Below are positions 12,301 through 22,300 of a DNA stretch of 64,000 nucleotides, one piece after another (within the stretch, counting starts at the first letter, position 1; every line of letters begins with the position of its first letter). The notes under the pieces were generated by a model. It did no database searches. It saw only the letters and a program-made list of their open reading frames with translations, and was not told where the DNA came from. The stretch is from an uncultured bacterium (GTDB lineage: Bacteria > Omnitrophota > Omnitrophia > Omnitrophales > Aquincolibacteriaceae): contig CAZLTL010000009.1 in assembly GCA_964562525.1 (NCBI GenBank), forward strand, positions 11,352 to 75,351, read 5' to 3'. A program made the position numbers and the translations under genes.

Positions 12301-13103
12301 GGGCTTGTACTGCTGTAGTTATAGAAGCTGACATTGGCTGTCGTCGGATTTGATTCCGAAGTTAAAACATTGAGCGATTCGATGTTGACATAGTTGTAGG
12401 AAACGGGGCTGGTGTAGCTGTAATAAGATGGATCAACATAGGTTGTGTCGTAATAATAGGAATAGCTTGTGTCCGGAGCCGTGCCAAAGCTTGTGGATGT
12501 TGTCCCTGAAACGGAGGTGTAACCGTTTGTACTGGGCGCAAGAATGTTTACTGTGTAAGAAGAGTTTGGGCTAAGTCCGCTAATGGATGTTGAGCAATAT
12601 CCATAGCAGTAGAGCGATGTTTGAGTTTGAACATTGTTATATACATCTCTTACTTCAAGTGTGATGTCTGAGTAATTGCCTGACAAGTTAACATTGACCG
12701 TAGCGTCGGTTGATCCCGCGGAAACATCCATTGACGATACATAGATATTTGTAATGGGCTCAACGACCTGGGTTTGACTTGTTGTTTCTGTTGTTGACGC
12801 CAAGCTTGTGTCTTCCTGTGTAGTTTCATCGGTACCATATTGATTTTCAGCACCACTTTGATCTACAGCGCTGACGACCTGGATAGAGCTTTCCCAAGAT
12901 TCTCCGGTTTGTATTTGCTCTTGGCCTTCCATATGTTCGGCCAAGTCGGGATTTTGTGGTTTATCAATAGACACACCTTGGCTGTCTAAAGCGGGGTCAG
13001 TTGCAATCATGTCAGCCGCAAAGCTGAATTGGGTTGGCGAGAAAGCGAATGTGAATGCCACAGCAAGCGCTGTGATCTTCTTTGCGGCTGTAATCAATTG
13101 CAT
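3390..13103 (-). CDS. Giant secreted protein (3237 aa): signal peptide, Tyr/Ser/Thr-rich tandem beta-sandwich-like repeats, duplicated ~170-aa units, YD/RHS-like repeat stretches, three copies of a ~90-aa 'GDDIL...VTLDG..Y.I' module, and a C-terminal ~800-aa coiled coil
   Basis: ORF-track ORF. N-terminus MQLITAAKKITALAVAFTFAFSPTQFSFAADM is a signal peptide. Tandem repeats '...TSLY/SNCYSYG.CS..ISGLS....Y.V.I......Y.SVSGTTSTSF' occur at aa ~115-330. The pair 'GSFGSMSFRLNADG...' / 'SGFQSMSFAVDENG...' and the pair 'NGAVYFSVSENNYKAYRAEDGRV' / 'AGAIYFSRGENSYKAFRDESGQV' are duplicated. YD-like strings include ETYYEYKIPNG, TTYHPNQESYSEATDYTQDG and HLGRLVKEETTYSWGDRYTYVHNY. Heptad-rich text begins at aa ~2400 (EELEALRSVMLEKTQDEINKNEAAMADLGNRIAEAERLLEAKKLE...). 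No TM segment after the signal peptide. Confidence 0.8.
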   Translation of the reverse strand: MQLITAAKKITALAVAFTFAFSPTQFSFAADMIATDPALDSQGVSIDKPQNPDLAEHMEGQEQIQTGESWESSIQVVSAVDQSGAENQYGTDETTQEDTSLASTTETTSQTQVVEPITNIYVSSMDVSAGSTDATVNVNLSGNYSDITLEVRDVYNNVQTQTSLYCYGYCSTSISGLSPNSSYTVNILAPSTNGYTSVSGTTSTSFGTAPDTSYSYYYDTTYVDPSYYSYTSPVSYNYVNIESLNVLTSESNPTTANVSFYNYSSTSPNLVLRLKDSSYNQISETSLSNCYSYGSCSQDIDISGLSQGQTYYVEIASNDYYNYVSFSGTTSTSFTVPETQQPQTQVEGTESEQTTVILDINKETHPVIYKRVETNLVCDQDPCYDTRTTYSSADGSYLGKMEYNSSTPEVTVWTTSDNVEVKFVSGTLNDAQFVIQRGEYFYAVKKNEDGSYTSSEPLRAIDPGADHIATDYLGETTTYVRSEDSDIGIVCTKSIPPKCTGSDTTDHFYYSASGSYLGRVSNVSQATGGQTIESYTLVYVPEDDKNPIAHLDRWGQARDLKLVNATEFLEDATKAFKQTPVYQKTISGANCTGEACAQVMRPDTIQYFDDDKKMIGYALNYWGSRQEWFGPNGEKISLDEVTLPPAVAAYQAAFGDGLTVSITVENGLFSIRVTDSKEWLMQPTSGFQSMSFAVDENGNVLPESIGVSFYGDKVKNDATLLFEGLRQALIKESTVDNGKMISARFITDMETLVEMTKTSVTRVEAGAIYFSRGENSYKAFRDESGQVVLEKQNDNGSLPPAIASYIQTIRDQLGNDNTRINASLQEDGTYLVSIDRSFQCPEDMMCTMVAPAPGSFGSMSFRLNADGTRISGSMNVDYNGAMVSGKDAELLFAAMNVCPEGQICPMKMIAINNVVGEASVFQQMMSINVVKVENGAVYFSVSENNYKAYRAEDGRVIVAPLKKDVRLDISAGENLTIHAIFGRQANYAVITGSHSSDLMDGGENWTETSYFDENNNVIGIRRVQDIQRNSIVWKNADGSQVQFQTEITFSGIADHIFGEMPAYQLLRRSPDCSGAGACPDVEPTHTYYFFNKNFEVMGSYTKEFGSWVDAAGITKQTMTVVTGNNYTLTTLKDSAGRETYYEYKIPNGITSKQITTYLDATSTEYSRQILSDFAANGTLTYEQESAFTYEVVNGINTKTETYRQFDLTSDFLLSVKWVQSIRPNGTEYELDSELQTLADASGKELSKTLTTYHPNQESYSEATDYTQDGTVARKEISHVSYDGNWNILNKIVTVETPVLRTEKRSQYFLPSDMVKEHMIEKQSDGKLILENITIKRTEQNGDKLRVEINLISSIIVVHLFTADGKNASGYTGFGVRANHPLLANLNAATSLEEFIKTTAALSKGSEVAGKLITDHFFRKEDGSWSETPLYRSVIENLQTSRYFLVVGNADSNPGTGDDIELNVTPNNLRLEDRNAIISWSFPVINGETGLQPFGVVIYDMGKNTFVEYPKQAQVELNGIKYNIKMTNNGGVTLEEAVKKLDVSAEENTTAETLFEKKAAYKTENEDKSVATYFDANGNLLGTKTILKPDEQTTVTTWRGIQGNTKQIISIYVSESETKTTVQDHLGRLVKEETTYSWGDRYTYVHNYIDDTQVKSETLWTIHDSEGKLTNESRYFFRKDSNGADITITAGRDIFMGLTPPSTVWVETTEYYFWFESSVTNSDGSRTTTAFTTREMSEEDFAKVTADLTMETALQIAAYKSISNYPENSNQFDSRLTYSNDGSANWDQKPLVQDSFTGGKYTAYAIVGTPDSPMGSGDDILIKYNQPKVSVNGKNYYANWFTPWGIHGSTVGIYFQNASTGKSVFAAFPKESRVTLDGVLYEISLNKDGVIELKQMIEKPFEIVLPASTDGGQNNLKVSVALDGTATVTWYGTQYSGTFDPDTKQINLSIKNKLDYKEYDYILHTEEKAVEPVDSSFPVISDEDKQALSSQMVEMWYPYYYEGEKTWTLQLSESLNSVISFERKEERSYWNHASSSTTYYNENGMIEAESWFTSYYKNGYSSGKTSYTYTLVNGQQKIASIISHTANHDYYYKRPIEVEQYDNLRPIEKPAITNEEIDRAYKPDVEYYRPIWRPYYPASESTTKTFYAYDAEGNYSQIISVSSSTVNGETTYSGNYTNYVTAGYWQTDQGCYKAPCHPDTWVSVPPHIVQYASATITADVFNAINSSGNHELIDQHARIKTEYHFSGDANKWEGLKFSVTYARGENGLTPRFVQMADYQTGYIVVGQVDLLAGTEQRSDDILIRNNQNFGDYSITFGEAYEQTMELVVYSPTTDGSESVMKPSPYTPKYLGYGLVFSKWGQKEDGSYGQTTALVDYPAVKTVTLDGRLFNVEINDEGNVKLQDVKEELEALRSVMLEKTQDEINKNEAAMADLGNRIAEAERLLEAKKLEINASVEELIQKLKGMLADLEKALESDDIRTETRFQIEAQAAEMRSYLDNTVQGEIDALIQYTIHSFRHLLDMEAAGRNNHAQNLIAYQNSLQNADSLEALRDLEGKLPELFFDGIYIEPGVDPIEKMRAFAGAMNQTLEQVKTDKIRFAMQLSYTQQSIAQAMQVSMQIPPVINQDDMPAMDRKFADTVTAVRAAITRLATWLQENGYTQSDESAPTEFSAVYGPQKAKDVERQAMQGLANFYENLMMRSVQITSFRGNVGEKMLVPVSELVNALIGEMNALGLDRWSSPEDYLKLKGLTTGDVGDFNPGDGVFMPSVFDNIMYDMLPGPSLKDLRNMVIRFVSKPDSSSLFAGATRINTNLFRILIQGGRAEAAKAILAVYEEAALKAGINFEAQPEIVIKSIKIISSSENNFSLKLEFTASGGKTLQATMNMTLAAGLKVSDTIITSPLFEFETARNELLGRIDSAQADNDSLLAGLIASLEEMKRLADQRVGEFGAEINALKTRLEALMTEMQKVVDSDRPNTPAIDAIAEKLSEMRFFLDNTLEQEKEIFESFLHYGALASLKSEIAAHQMLANDLITYQEKISAATSAEELETLKMEFPVLAPIALEPMAMPIDPREVMSQMIAEGEDLMSAIANKLPEGAVALSQVEQDLAVSVLGLSNEGTLYKTTEKTAVNCITTPCPSDIITDKLYSQDGKVIGFKVLQDNYAKFYAADENGNMGELKQTLELVKDPTELNFVKTLLMDRTAEYRGAFWTMWEQMRESLTPIYIDQEDEDARRKRLQQA

Positions 13104-13189
13104 AGAATGACTCCCTTAATAATTAGTCTTATTTTATCTATTGGGAAAGTAACTTGTTGATAGAAGGAATTCAATGGTGATAATCAGAA

Positions 13190-13206
13190 TGCTATATATT
13201 GCTATA
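13190..13206 (+). promoter_or_regulatory. Second copy of the TGCTAT-N4-TGCTATA direct repeat, in the AT-rich divergent control region between the two giant genes
   Basis: Read directly: gaaTGCTATatatTGCTATAttg. It lies ~90 bp upstream of the 3237-aa gene start (13103, minus strand) and ~150 bp upstream of the 6901-aa gene start (13353). Orientation and spacing match the copy at 3256..3272. Confidence 0.3.
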
Positions 13207-13352
13207 TTGTTAATTAAAATTAACTGTGTATATTAATCTTGTGATAGCAATCGAGAGCATTATTAATCACTTATTAAATGTTGTTATTTACGGTTGCAAT
13301 GCGGGGAAGAGATGGTAAGTTTTAAAAAACTTTCACCAAATATCTGAAAACA

Positions 13353-16300
13353 ATGCGAATTAAAAAGCTTACAAGTTGGTTTTTGACTATATGTCTGCTA
13401 ATAACACAGATATTGACGCCTGATCTTGCCCAGGCAGCTAGTCTCGTTTTTGCTCCCGCGCAAAGTGAGGCTCAATCGGTGGCGGCTTGGGAGCCATCCA
13501 CGTTAACCGGCAAGGTTACCCAGCGTGTTCTGACCGAGAACTCAAAGGGTACGATTATTCACATTCAAGACGCGCATGCTGTCTTTGAAGCTCAAAAAAA
13601 CATCCAATCGCTAATTGCCCAAGTCAATAAGGTCGCCTCAGCTGAAGCTATTTTCATTGAAGGCGGTATAGGTAAGTTGGATCCCCAAATGAAGCATTTC
13701 TTTCCGGATGGGTTAACGCTCAATCCCGAAACTCGCGAAGCATGGATGAAAGAAGGCCATCTTACCGGTGCGGAAGCTTATTTAATGGAGAATCAACGTG
13801 CGCGCGGATTCGGAATCGAAGAAATGAAAAGTTATTGGGATAACGTCGAACTTTATCGTCGTGTCGATGCCATGCAGAACGAAAGCGCGGAGTTTCTTAA
13901 AAGCTGGTATGAAGTTTGGCAGGAAGAAGCCGGAAAAAATTTTAAACCTTCTCTTAAAAAATATTTACAGACGTACGCCCAATCACAAGTGGAGGTTTCG
14001 GCTTCCGCGCTTTGGTTTGATGCCTTAAGTGAGTATATCAAGGCCGAATGGAATCGCGATTTGAGCTCAATCGAAGAGCAAATCGAGTTTCCGATGCTGA
14101 CACGTTATATCTATCTTAAAAAAATGGATGGCACGCCTGATTTTTCAAAAATCGAAAAGCAAAAGCAGGAATTTTTTGCTTCGCTAAAAGGCCTAGACCG
14201 GAGCCCGTCAACAGATTCCATTTTTCGTGAAATCGACAACCTTATCGAAAAATCCAAAACTGAGGCGATTGATTTTTCCGGTGCGCGCGAAGCATTTGAA
14301 CAGCTTGCTGCATATTTACCGGACGATTTTTCTATTGAGCGCTGGCCCGACTTAAAAAAACTGATCGAGCGGATTATTCTTGCGGGTGAAATGGATTCAG
14401 AAAAACTTCTGCGTGAAGCTAAACGGCTTCATATTCAGGTTATCAAAAAAGATGCTCAGGCAAAAACACAGCGAACACTGGCGCTTTTACTTGAAAAGCA
14501 GATCTTGCTTACCAAGCTCTTGAGTTTGGAATTAACCCGTGAAGATTTTCAAAAAACTTTAGATCATCCCGCGCAACCTCAAGAGTTAGCTGCGGAATTG
14601 GAGCGCATATCCAACAACGCTCCTGAAGCTGCAGGACGCATCTTCGGTAGTGCGCAAAGTGGCTTTACAAAAATTAATCAAACATACAACCAGGCTGTTG
14701 CCTTTTATCAAGGTGCGATTAATCGTGAAGCGGCCATGGAGCGTGCGATCTTAGAGAAAACCAAATCAGGTCAGATTTCAATTGTTGTTACGGGTGGTTT
14801 TCATAAAGAGGGAATGGAGTCTTTTGCGCGTCAGCAAAATTGGAATTATGTCAGCGTGATGCCGCGTATTTCAAAAATTCAACCCGAAGATTTCGCTCAT
14901 TATCGCCGCGCGCTGTTGGGGGAAGGCAGCGCGCGCAGCGAAATGGGCACTCCTTCGGAAGTTGCCGCCGCGCTTTTAACTAGCGCGGAAGTATTCAAAG
15001 ATCCCCGCGCCGCCGCCCGTGAGGAAGCTGCTTTGGTTTTGTCCGGCTCGGAAGAAGCAATGCGAAGGCTGGCGCACCACGACGAAGCCCGCAAAGGAAA
15101 AAATGCACCTCGCATGAAAAAAGCAGCGGAGCGTCCCAGAACAAGTGACCGGCCTCTGTCTGAGTGGGAGGGCGCGCGCGCTCGTCCGTCGGCCCGCTCA
15201 GAAACGCGACTGCAAGAAGCAATTCAAAAGCTCGACCAGTGGAAGTTGCGGCATCAAGGATCCGATATTCTTGAGCGTTATGAATCCGATCCTTTTATGA
15301 CCAGGCTTGAGGCTCAAGCGTCATTAATATTTAAACAGCTGCGCTTGAATGAGCTGACCGTAGGAGAGCGCGCCCAATTTGTCCAAAGTGCATTTGGAGA
15401 TGTTCAGCCTGCCGTTTCTGACTTTGTCGCAGGATGGATTGATAGTTTTTCACCTGAAATCTTAAACAGCGCTGATCCGATTGATTACAAGGCATTTCAC
15501 CAAGTGAGCTCAAATATGTCTAATCTCGAGTATCGCTATAGCTTGATGCAAAATCAAATGATTCGCACAGCAGGCAATTTGGTATTCGACTTGAGCGAAC
15601 AAGAAAAGCGCTTTTTTGAACTCGAATATCTTTGGCATGAATTTGATAAAGAAATGCAGAAATCGGGCACGGGTGATATTCCGGTTGTTGCCGCAATGCA
15701 AGATTTGCACGGAGGCACGCGCCGAGCTTTAGGATTGATCGCAAAACTTTATGGGTTACCTCCGGATTCGTTTAAAAAGATCAAGAACTTGACTGACCTT
15801 AAGCGATTGTTGGATGAACAAAACCTTTCGACTGCAAGTTTATCCGGCAGAGTGGTGGGATTTAGCGATTTGGTTGACCGCGGTGATGACCCGGTGGGAG
15901 CAATGGAATTAGCGCGCGAGTTTAACGAAAATTCACTCGGACGATTCATTTTAGGAAATCATGATTTATGGAGAATCATGGGTGTCTTAGGTGTTCATCA
16001 ACTTTTCGGAAAAGAAAAAGAAGAAGATTTTGATGTCACGGAAAAAGCGGATCATCCCGCTTGGTGGGCCTGGGAAGCGTTTCATCATGCCGGATGGGGA
16101 GACCGAGAGCTTGAGCAGTTGAATGAACGGCGCATCAACAGTCGTATTCGTGAAGCGAACTCGGCTATTCAGCGGCATAATCAAAGCTTTCCCGATCAAG
16201 CGCAACTCCTTCTTGAAGAAGTCAATTTGGAAGCTTTTGGTGAGGAGTTAAACAAAAAGCTGAAAGAAGCTAAGAAGAAAAACGAAGCTATTCGCGGGGC

Positions 16301-19300
16301 TTGGCAAAAAGCGGTTGTGGACGAAGATAAAGCTGCTCTTGCCGATTCTCGTCCCAAGAAAACAATTCGTGAACCTGAGTTTGTTCCTCTTCCTGATGTG
16401 TTTCAAGAAACGTTGAAATACACATATGAGGTGGTGGAGAAATACGAAGAGAGTGTGCGCAAGTTGAAGCAGCAAGGCGTGGATCTCGCGACCGACTTTA
16501 AAAGCATTCGCGTTGTTACGCGTGACAATTACCAACAAGACCCCGATGTTTTGAACAATATGCTTTGGCAAGTTCAGAAATTTCGTCTTTTTTATATTGA
16601 TATTTTAGGCAATCTTCACATGCATAACATTATTCCCATGGATTATGAAGCTGGAGGTATGGCAGTGCATTATCGCGGATTGGATGGCATTGCGGCGCTT
16701 GAACTCATGACCAAAGATATTCGAGAATTTTTTGAACAAGTGACAATTGATGATTTGATGGGACCGCCTGAAAAAATTAGTGAGTTTAGGCAGCGCATGT
16801 GGAATGCCGTAGGCGAAGCTTTTACGATTATTAACTCATGGTATTCCGACCGCGTTCCTGTCGCCAAAGCGATTGCTGTTCAGAAGTTTATTCAGGAGGG
16901 AAATATTGAGTGGTATTTGGGTTCGGCAGGGGCGTTTGTTGATCGTGAAATTTCTGGAGTTGTTTTTTGGGGGCACAATGAAGCCAAGAAATTTGTTGAA
17001 GCTAATTTGGCCCGTTTCATTATTTATCCGCAACATGGATCCGGGCTTATCAATATTGATGGAGGTATGTCCAAAGGTTATGAAAATCGCGGGCTTGAAG
17101 TTACCTTTGGTCTTCGGAATGAGGCCGGACATATTCAGGGGTTACAGGCTTGGGGATATCACTCCAAAGGAACTGATCAAGACACTGAAACGGTGGTGGA
17201 TTTAACTCGATCGGGTGAGTTAACCGATGCGATGAGCGATGAGCAAAAAGTTCTATTGGGGCATTTGACCCACGGTCCTACTTATTTGCGTTGGCAAAGG
17301 CATAAAATTTTAACTCTGCTTGATCGCGGCTTAGAGTCTTTTCTTCGGTCTTCCACCGGGCAGCGTCGTGAAAAAATTGTGAAATTGCGAAAGCTTCAAA
17401 AACACGTTCATGAGCATTTAAAATCAGACAAAGATCCTTTGAGGTCGATAGAAGCGGTTCGATCGATAGCGCCTGAAGAAGCGGTTCAAACGGTTGATTT
17501 TTCGGTGATGGATCAAATTGAGAGCGTGAAGACTTGGAAAGAAGCGTTTTCCGTTATTGAAAAAATTTTAGCATTACCCACGACTGATCTTGCCGTTGCA
17601 GCGCTTAAACGGTTTATTCTGAAAGTTCGTTTTAATGGCGCAGGATTTGAGTTTGCGCAAGAACACTCCTCCGACGACTATTCCGATGATATTTACGAAA
17701 AAGGACGCGAGCTTGGAGAGAAAATCATTGAAAAATACGCGGATCATCCCGAGCTTGTGCGCCACTTCGTTTTTTCAATGCCTTTTGATTTGGATCGTGA
17801 CAAGAAAAATAAGCGAGAGCTGTGGGGGCTTGCTGCGGATTTTGATGATCGTTGGATGCGTGACGAAGATGGAGGTGAAACCGGGTATGCGAACACGCTC
17901 CGTCGTCTTATTCATCGCGCCGGATTCAGTTTTTCAAAAGCGATGGAATTAGTCCAAGTTTATATTGATTATTTGACGAACCCTAAAACTGATGGTGCTT
18001 GGGAAAATGTAAGGCGCGTTGCCGTCGTTAATTTTCCGAGTGCGGCGGACAGAGAATTGCGCGACGAGGTTCAGAAGCAAATGTCTCAAGGCAAATCCTT
18101 AGGACAAATTCAATCCGAGCCTTTTCAGATTTTGTGGGACATGCGAGAAAAAATTTTGCTGGCTCAAAATGGAATTCGGCACAAAGAATTCTTTGATCGT
18201 TGGCAGCGATCTTTGTTAGCTCAAACGCACCCTGAGATTCAGCCTTGGATTGATCGAATTCTGAGACCTCAGATGCCGCGTGATGATCTCTATGCAGTAA
18301 ATGAAGCGATGAACTGGGTGAGCGAGCTTGGGAAAAAGCAGCTGCCACCTGAGATTCGCTACGAACAAATACATTTTTATCAGTCGCTTGGATCCATACT
18401 GCAAGATTTGATCCCTTCTTATTTGGAGGGAATCAGTGAATTGCCGGATATAGAACGCTTTCGGCATATCGCTGAAGTTGTTGTTGTTTTGCAGCCGATG
18501 TTAAACCGGTTGCGAGACCAAGGATATTTGACTCGCGATAGTAAAGACTGGATTGTTTCGCTTCAGGAGTCGTCGCTGCAGCTTGATCAAATTTATGATT
18601 TACTTCAAAAAATCCGAGAAGACATCAGCTTTTTCACGGGGAAGTTTTTTGATTCTTACAATCAGGAGGCGCATTTACTTTTTGGCGAAAACACGGTTAC
18701 TTTAGAAACAACCTTAAATATGCTCTTAAAAGAAGAGCAAGAGGTAAAGTTAGCAGGGCAATTGATTGAGGTTTTATCTCATGCGATTCAAGGTATGCCG
18801 ATGGAGTATCGACAGAGGAAATGGCGCTCGTTGTCTGATGTGTTTCCATCAACCCAAGATGCGCGCCCCCAAGGGCATGCGGCATTTGCGTTTTTTAACC
18901 AACCTCAAATATGGATGAATCAAAACACTCGCCGCATATGGGGTGGAGAAAAAGCATCAGTGCTTGCTCTTGCGCGGAACCGCTTGGGCGTTCCGGTTCC
19001 GCCGGGTTTTGTGGTTCCTGCAGATTTTTTTATGACTTTGCAGACGTCGCAAGCGTGGGGTCAATTCAATCAAGAATTAATTCGCGGCGTTCATCAGATT
19101 GGAAAAGAATGGAATGATGCTTCATCCGAGCAGCTCCGCTTTGGAGATCCGGATCGTCCGCTGTTTCTTGCCGTTCGTTCCGGATCGACGTTTGTGATGC
19201 CGGGGCAATTAGCAACTTTTATCATGATTGGGATGACGAGACCCATTTTAAAAAAAATGATTCAGTCAGATTCTCCCAAAGAAGGATATTTGGCTTACTA

Positions 19301-22300
19301 CTATTTTTTATTTTCGGCGGCAGAGCTGCTGGATATACCTTCCGAAGAAATGCATCAGCGTGTGAAGACTTACCTTGAATCAATAAATGAAGCCAAGGTG
19401 CAGGATCTTCAAATTGAGCAAATGAGAAAATTAACGGAGTGGATGGAGCGTTTGTTTGCAGAAAAGCAAATGGGTGAAAACCTGGAAGATCTTTTGGCGT
19501 ACCCGGACAAACAACTTTTTCTTGCTGCCAGCAAAGTCCGTCAGTCTTGGGATGACGAACATGCCCGCGCTTATCGAGTCGAGAATAATATTTCCGAAGC
19601 GTGGGGAACTCCGCTTATTGTGCAGAAATATGTTTTAGGAAGTTCAGAAAAGAAATCTGGTTCAGGATTGGCGCGTTCGAGAAATTCGAAGGGCGAAAAA
19701 ATTTTAAACGGTGATTGGCTTGCTGCCGCGCAAGGCCTCGACTTGGTAAGCGGATTCCAAACGCCGCGCAGTTTAGATGCATTAGCGGAAGAACAGCCGG
19801 TTATTTATGATCAGCTTCGTCAAATGGTGGAATCTTTGGAGGCGTATTTTGGACGGCCGGTATTGGTTGAGTTTACTGTTTCGAATGGCCGACTTTGGAT
19901 CTTGCAAGTTTCGCGAGATAAATCAGTGAAATCATTAAAGTTGCCCGCTCTTTATTTGAAGGATTTGCGACAGCAGACTATTTTAGGGCAAGGAGCATCT
20001 GTTTATGCTTCAAGCGGTGGTTTTCGCGGCAAGGCTGTTTACGATCTTTTGTCAGCGTTTGACGCAGATGGAAGATTGAACTCCGGATGGTTGCAAGAAA
20101 TTCAACAGCAAAAATTGGATGGATTAATTTGGATCGTGGAATCAATGACCCCTAAAAAAACAGCCATGATGCTGAAGGCAAAGAAAGAATTAGAATCGCA
20201 GGGATTGCGTCTGGTTGTTGTGAGCTCTGAGGGAGGCGCTTTATCGCATGCGGCAACCTCAGCGGCAGAAGGTCAAGTTCCTGCGGTTGTGGGTGTTCAG
20301 CAAATGCAATTTTCTTCGGGAGAGGTCAGAGTTTTAAATGGTGCGGTTCTTCTGCCTAAGTCGGTTTTGACGATTAAATTTGACAATGGTTCTATTTATT
20401 ATGGACGGGTTCCCTTAGAGTTAGAGCGATCGGAAGCGCGCTCCGAAATACGGCTTCCGAAAAAACCGGAATGGCTTGAAGATAAAGCGCGCGCGAATTA
20501 TGAAGCGATTTACGGCAAGAATGGGTTTTTAGATTCGCTGGAACATAAAATCGAAACCAACCGTAATTTAAGAAAGATGCTGGAGTCGGCGGAAATTTTG
20601 GTTGTAATTCCGATCGCGAATGAAAAGTCGTGGGCGCGCACCAGCAATTTAATCGATGATGTCCGCCGTTACGCCCGTGAAAATAGTGCCAAAAAATTGA
20701 AAATTGTGGCGATTGCCGAAGAAGGTAGCCCTACGGCGGTCAGGTTAGCGCCCAGACAAGACGAAGGCTTTCAAATTTTATATAAAGACAAAAAAGACCA
20801 GGGGAAAGGCGCCTCGGAATTTGCGGGAATTTATTTGGCATCCCGATCCTTAAAAAAAGGACCGGAATATTCCGGAGCGCAAGCGGTCGTTTTTTTAGAT
20901 GCTGATTTGAAATTGAGCAATGGGCAGGAAAGCGCTAAAAGCTTGCTGGGTTCTTTGATCTCAGAAATTGAAAAGCATCCCCACTCCGCGATGGTGCTTT
21001 TGCACGCGCTGAAGCGCCGATTCTCGGATGATGATGGCTTGGCACATTTTTGGACTTTGGCTTTTACGGAAGCGCTTTATGGGCTTTCCTTTTTTCAGTC
21101 ACATGGCGGTGAGTTTGCTGTTTCCCGCGAGGCCGTGAAAGCGCTTTTAGAATCCGGAAAATCCGGCGATGAGCCGGCGATGAGCGTTCACGATGTTTAT
21201 GATCTTGAGCATCCGCTGATGCTGCGTCTTGCTTCGTTGATTTCTCGGAAAAAGCTTCCGGAAAGCTACTTGGTTCAGCATACCAAAGTTTACAAAGACC
21301 ATACGGAGACAGAGCCGGAGCGTATTTTTAAGCGCATGGAAGAAGAGTTAATCCCCAGACTTTTTGAAACAGCCCTTTCGGATCAGGATTTTATTCAGGC
21401 TCGTCCCGATTTAAGCCAAAATCTTTTTTATGATGAGGATGGTCTTAAACGGCGTGTTCGGGATAAAGAAGTGAATACCACAAAATTTTTTGATATGGCC
21501 GGTTCCTTTTTACAAAATCATTTTCATGAGCTGGAACCGCTCGCGCACCTTGACCGCCACCCGGAGCTGGAGCCCTTTTTGAGAGGTCTTGAAAGTGAGC
21601 GCGCCCAAATTCAATCCGCGGCTATGGCGCGCGATTACATTCACTTTGAGTTTCATCCCGTATTTTTTGGACAAGTTACCCGCAACGCCCTTTTTCTTTT
21701 TGCGGCTGAGCCTGAAGAAGAAAAGCGTAAAGATATTACGCGGCGGTATATGCTCTTCGTCAAAGCTGCCTTTTTTGACTATGCGGCAACTATTTTGAAA
21801 GAAAACCCGAACGCGTTGCTTTTGGATGTTGTTCTGAACCGCAAAGACGCGCCTTTTGCACAAGCAATTGAGGGCGCTTTTCGTTCCGAAATCCGCGCGG
21901 GCAAGCCAAGCTTTTTATCGAAGGTTCAAGGACACGTCGACGGAAGGCTGCTTTTTGCCGGCGCGTTTGTTTTGGGAATCGGGCTTTTACAAACCATTTT
22001 GGGACTTGCGGCTTTTAAGGTTGCGCTTGGTCTTGTGGGAGCGGCATTGGTCGGAGTTACTTTTTTCAGTGCCTTTCGCGGAATATATCTCGATGCGAAA
22101 AGGAAAGCAAAGCTCGCCCAAAATGAACGTTTTGCCGACCTTGAAAGAAAGCATCAGCTTCGCAGCAAAGTTTGGACGGCGTTGGATGCTTGGCCCGCGC
22201 CCGCGATTCAGACTTGGATTGAAAAAGAGGAGTCCGCGGCGATTCCCGATTTATCTCAAATTCGTGATCACTATGTTTTAGGTGCTCTTCACTTCAAAAA

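Noticed and set aside
3578-12856. Many 60-200-aa ORFs in the track on the + strand or in alternate minus frames inside 3390..13103 (for example 4120..4614, 5001..5585, 11040..11624).
   Set aside because: All are embedded antisense or out of frame within the uninterrupted 3237-aa ORF and lack RBSs. They are shadow ORFs of a long gene.
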